64,000 nucleotides of DNA from Sporopachydermia quercuum (Eukaryota). The DNA is taken from contig BCGN01000003.1 of NCBI GenBank assembly GCA_001599295.1, forward strand, positions 248,001 to 312,000, written 5' to 3'. A model generated the notes under the pieces. The model did no database searches. It had not been told where the DNA came from and worked only from the letters and a program-made list of their open reading frames with translations. Position 1 is the first letter of the stretch. Each line of letters opens with the position of its first letter. Positions 63,291-64,000 of the stretch are shown here, in pieces. Both the position numbers and the translations under genes were made by a program.

Positions 63291-63572
63291 ATGTCATCAG
63301 AAGCAGAAACTAAGCCAAAGCAAGCTAAACCAGTTAAGATGGACTTTATATCTTTAACAGCTGAATCCAAGTCTCAATATGTACCAAGAGGATCATTTTC
63401 TCTAGAGTCAATGGGTTCATTGTCTGCTCCTACTGCAGATGATGGGAAATACAGAAGGCTGACCGGAAGTGATCTCAGTGATGCAGAAAAAGACTACATA
63501 CTGAAGCTACGAAAAGACAGTACAACTAGTACTAGTAGCAGCACATCTGCTACTTCAGATGTATTTGATTAG
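63291..63572 (+). CDS. Small Ser/Thr-rich hypothetical protein (93 aa)
   Basis: GCCATGTCA start context, protein-like composition, upstream TATA and poly(dT). Confidence 0.55.
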   Translation: MSSEAETKPKQAKPVKMDFISLTAESKSQYVPRGSFSLESMGSLSAPTADDGKYRRLTGSDLSDAEKDYILKLRKDSTTSTSSSTSATSDVFD

Positions 63573-64000
63573 CTTANTAATGGAGAGATTGACTCTTTCA
63601 ATTTCAATGGGAATGGTTTTTGCTTAGGGTTGTATAACGAAGAAAAATTAATGGCGATATTCATGTTTGTAATGTCAATGACTTTATTTCTTGTTTGTAT
63701 CAGTGTGATACATAATTTACTTACTACTTTTATTCCACCAATGTAGACGGTTTTAACTCCCATTTAATACCACAACCTGATTCTTTTGCTGTATCATTTT
63801 CCCACATTAGAATTAAACGCAGATAGTTGATAATGAGGTTGCTTACCCGATAGGAAATAAGAATATGTGATGCATTATCATGCATAATTCCTTCACTTTG
63901 TTCTTTTCAATCACCGGTTTCCTTCCATGATCCCATTAAGTTCAACTTCCTATTTTGACATATGAGAAGAAATGTCTCATTTAATGACAAGGACCGAGGA

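Overview
AT-rich nuclear DNA of a budding yeast (Saccharomycotina-like gene content and order). It uses the standard code, with CTG at conserved Leu positions, and is unusually intron-rich: 20 spliceosomal introns were reconstructed by hand in 14 of 26 called genes. Gene order: SGD1 (partial), MSP1, ERV1, VRP1, PPQ1, CBC2, FCY1, MED20/SRB2, SPT3, THI80, GIT1-like, LYRM5-like, two more MFS transporters, VPS45, TCO89-like, an orphan Gly/Cys-tail protein, PSA1, DCW1-like GH76, RPS17, ADA2, an uncharacterised type I membrane protein, UTP6, a glutaredoxin-like protein, an alpha/beta hydrolase and a small Ser/Thr-rich ORF. I found no convincing tRNA, rRNA, snRNA, transposon or CRISPR array, and no clear novel multi-gene system. 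The best leads are the orphan proteins, the expanded Med20 and Cbc2, a possible degenerate POP6 at its syntenic position, and several regulatory and splicing oddities. All identifications are by eye from recalled motifs, and no database search was run.
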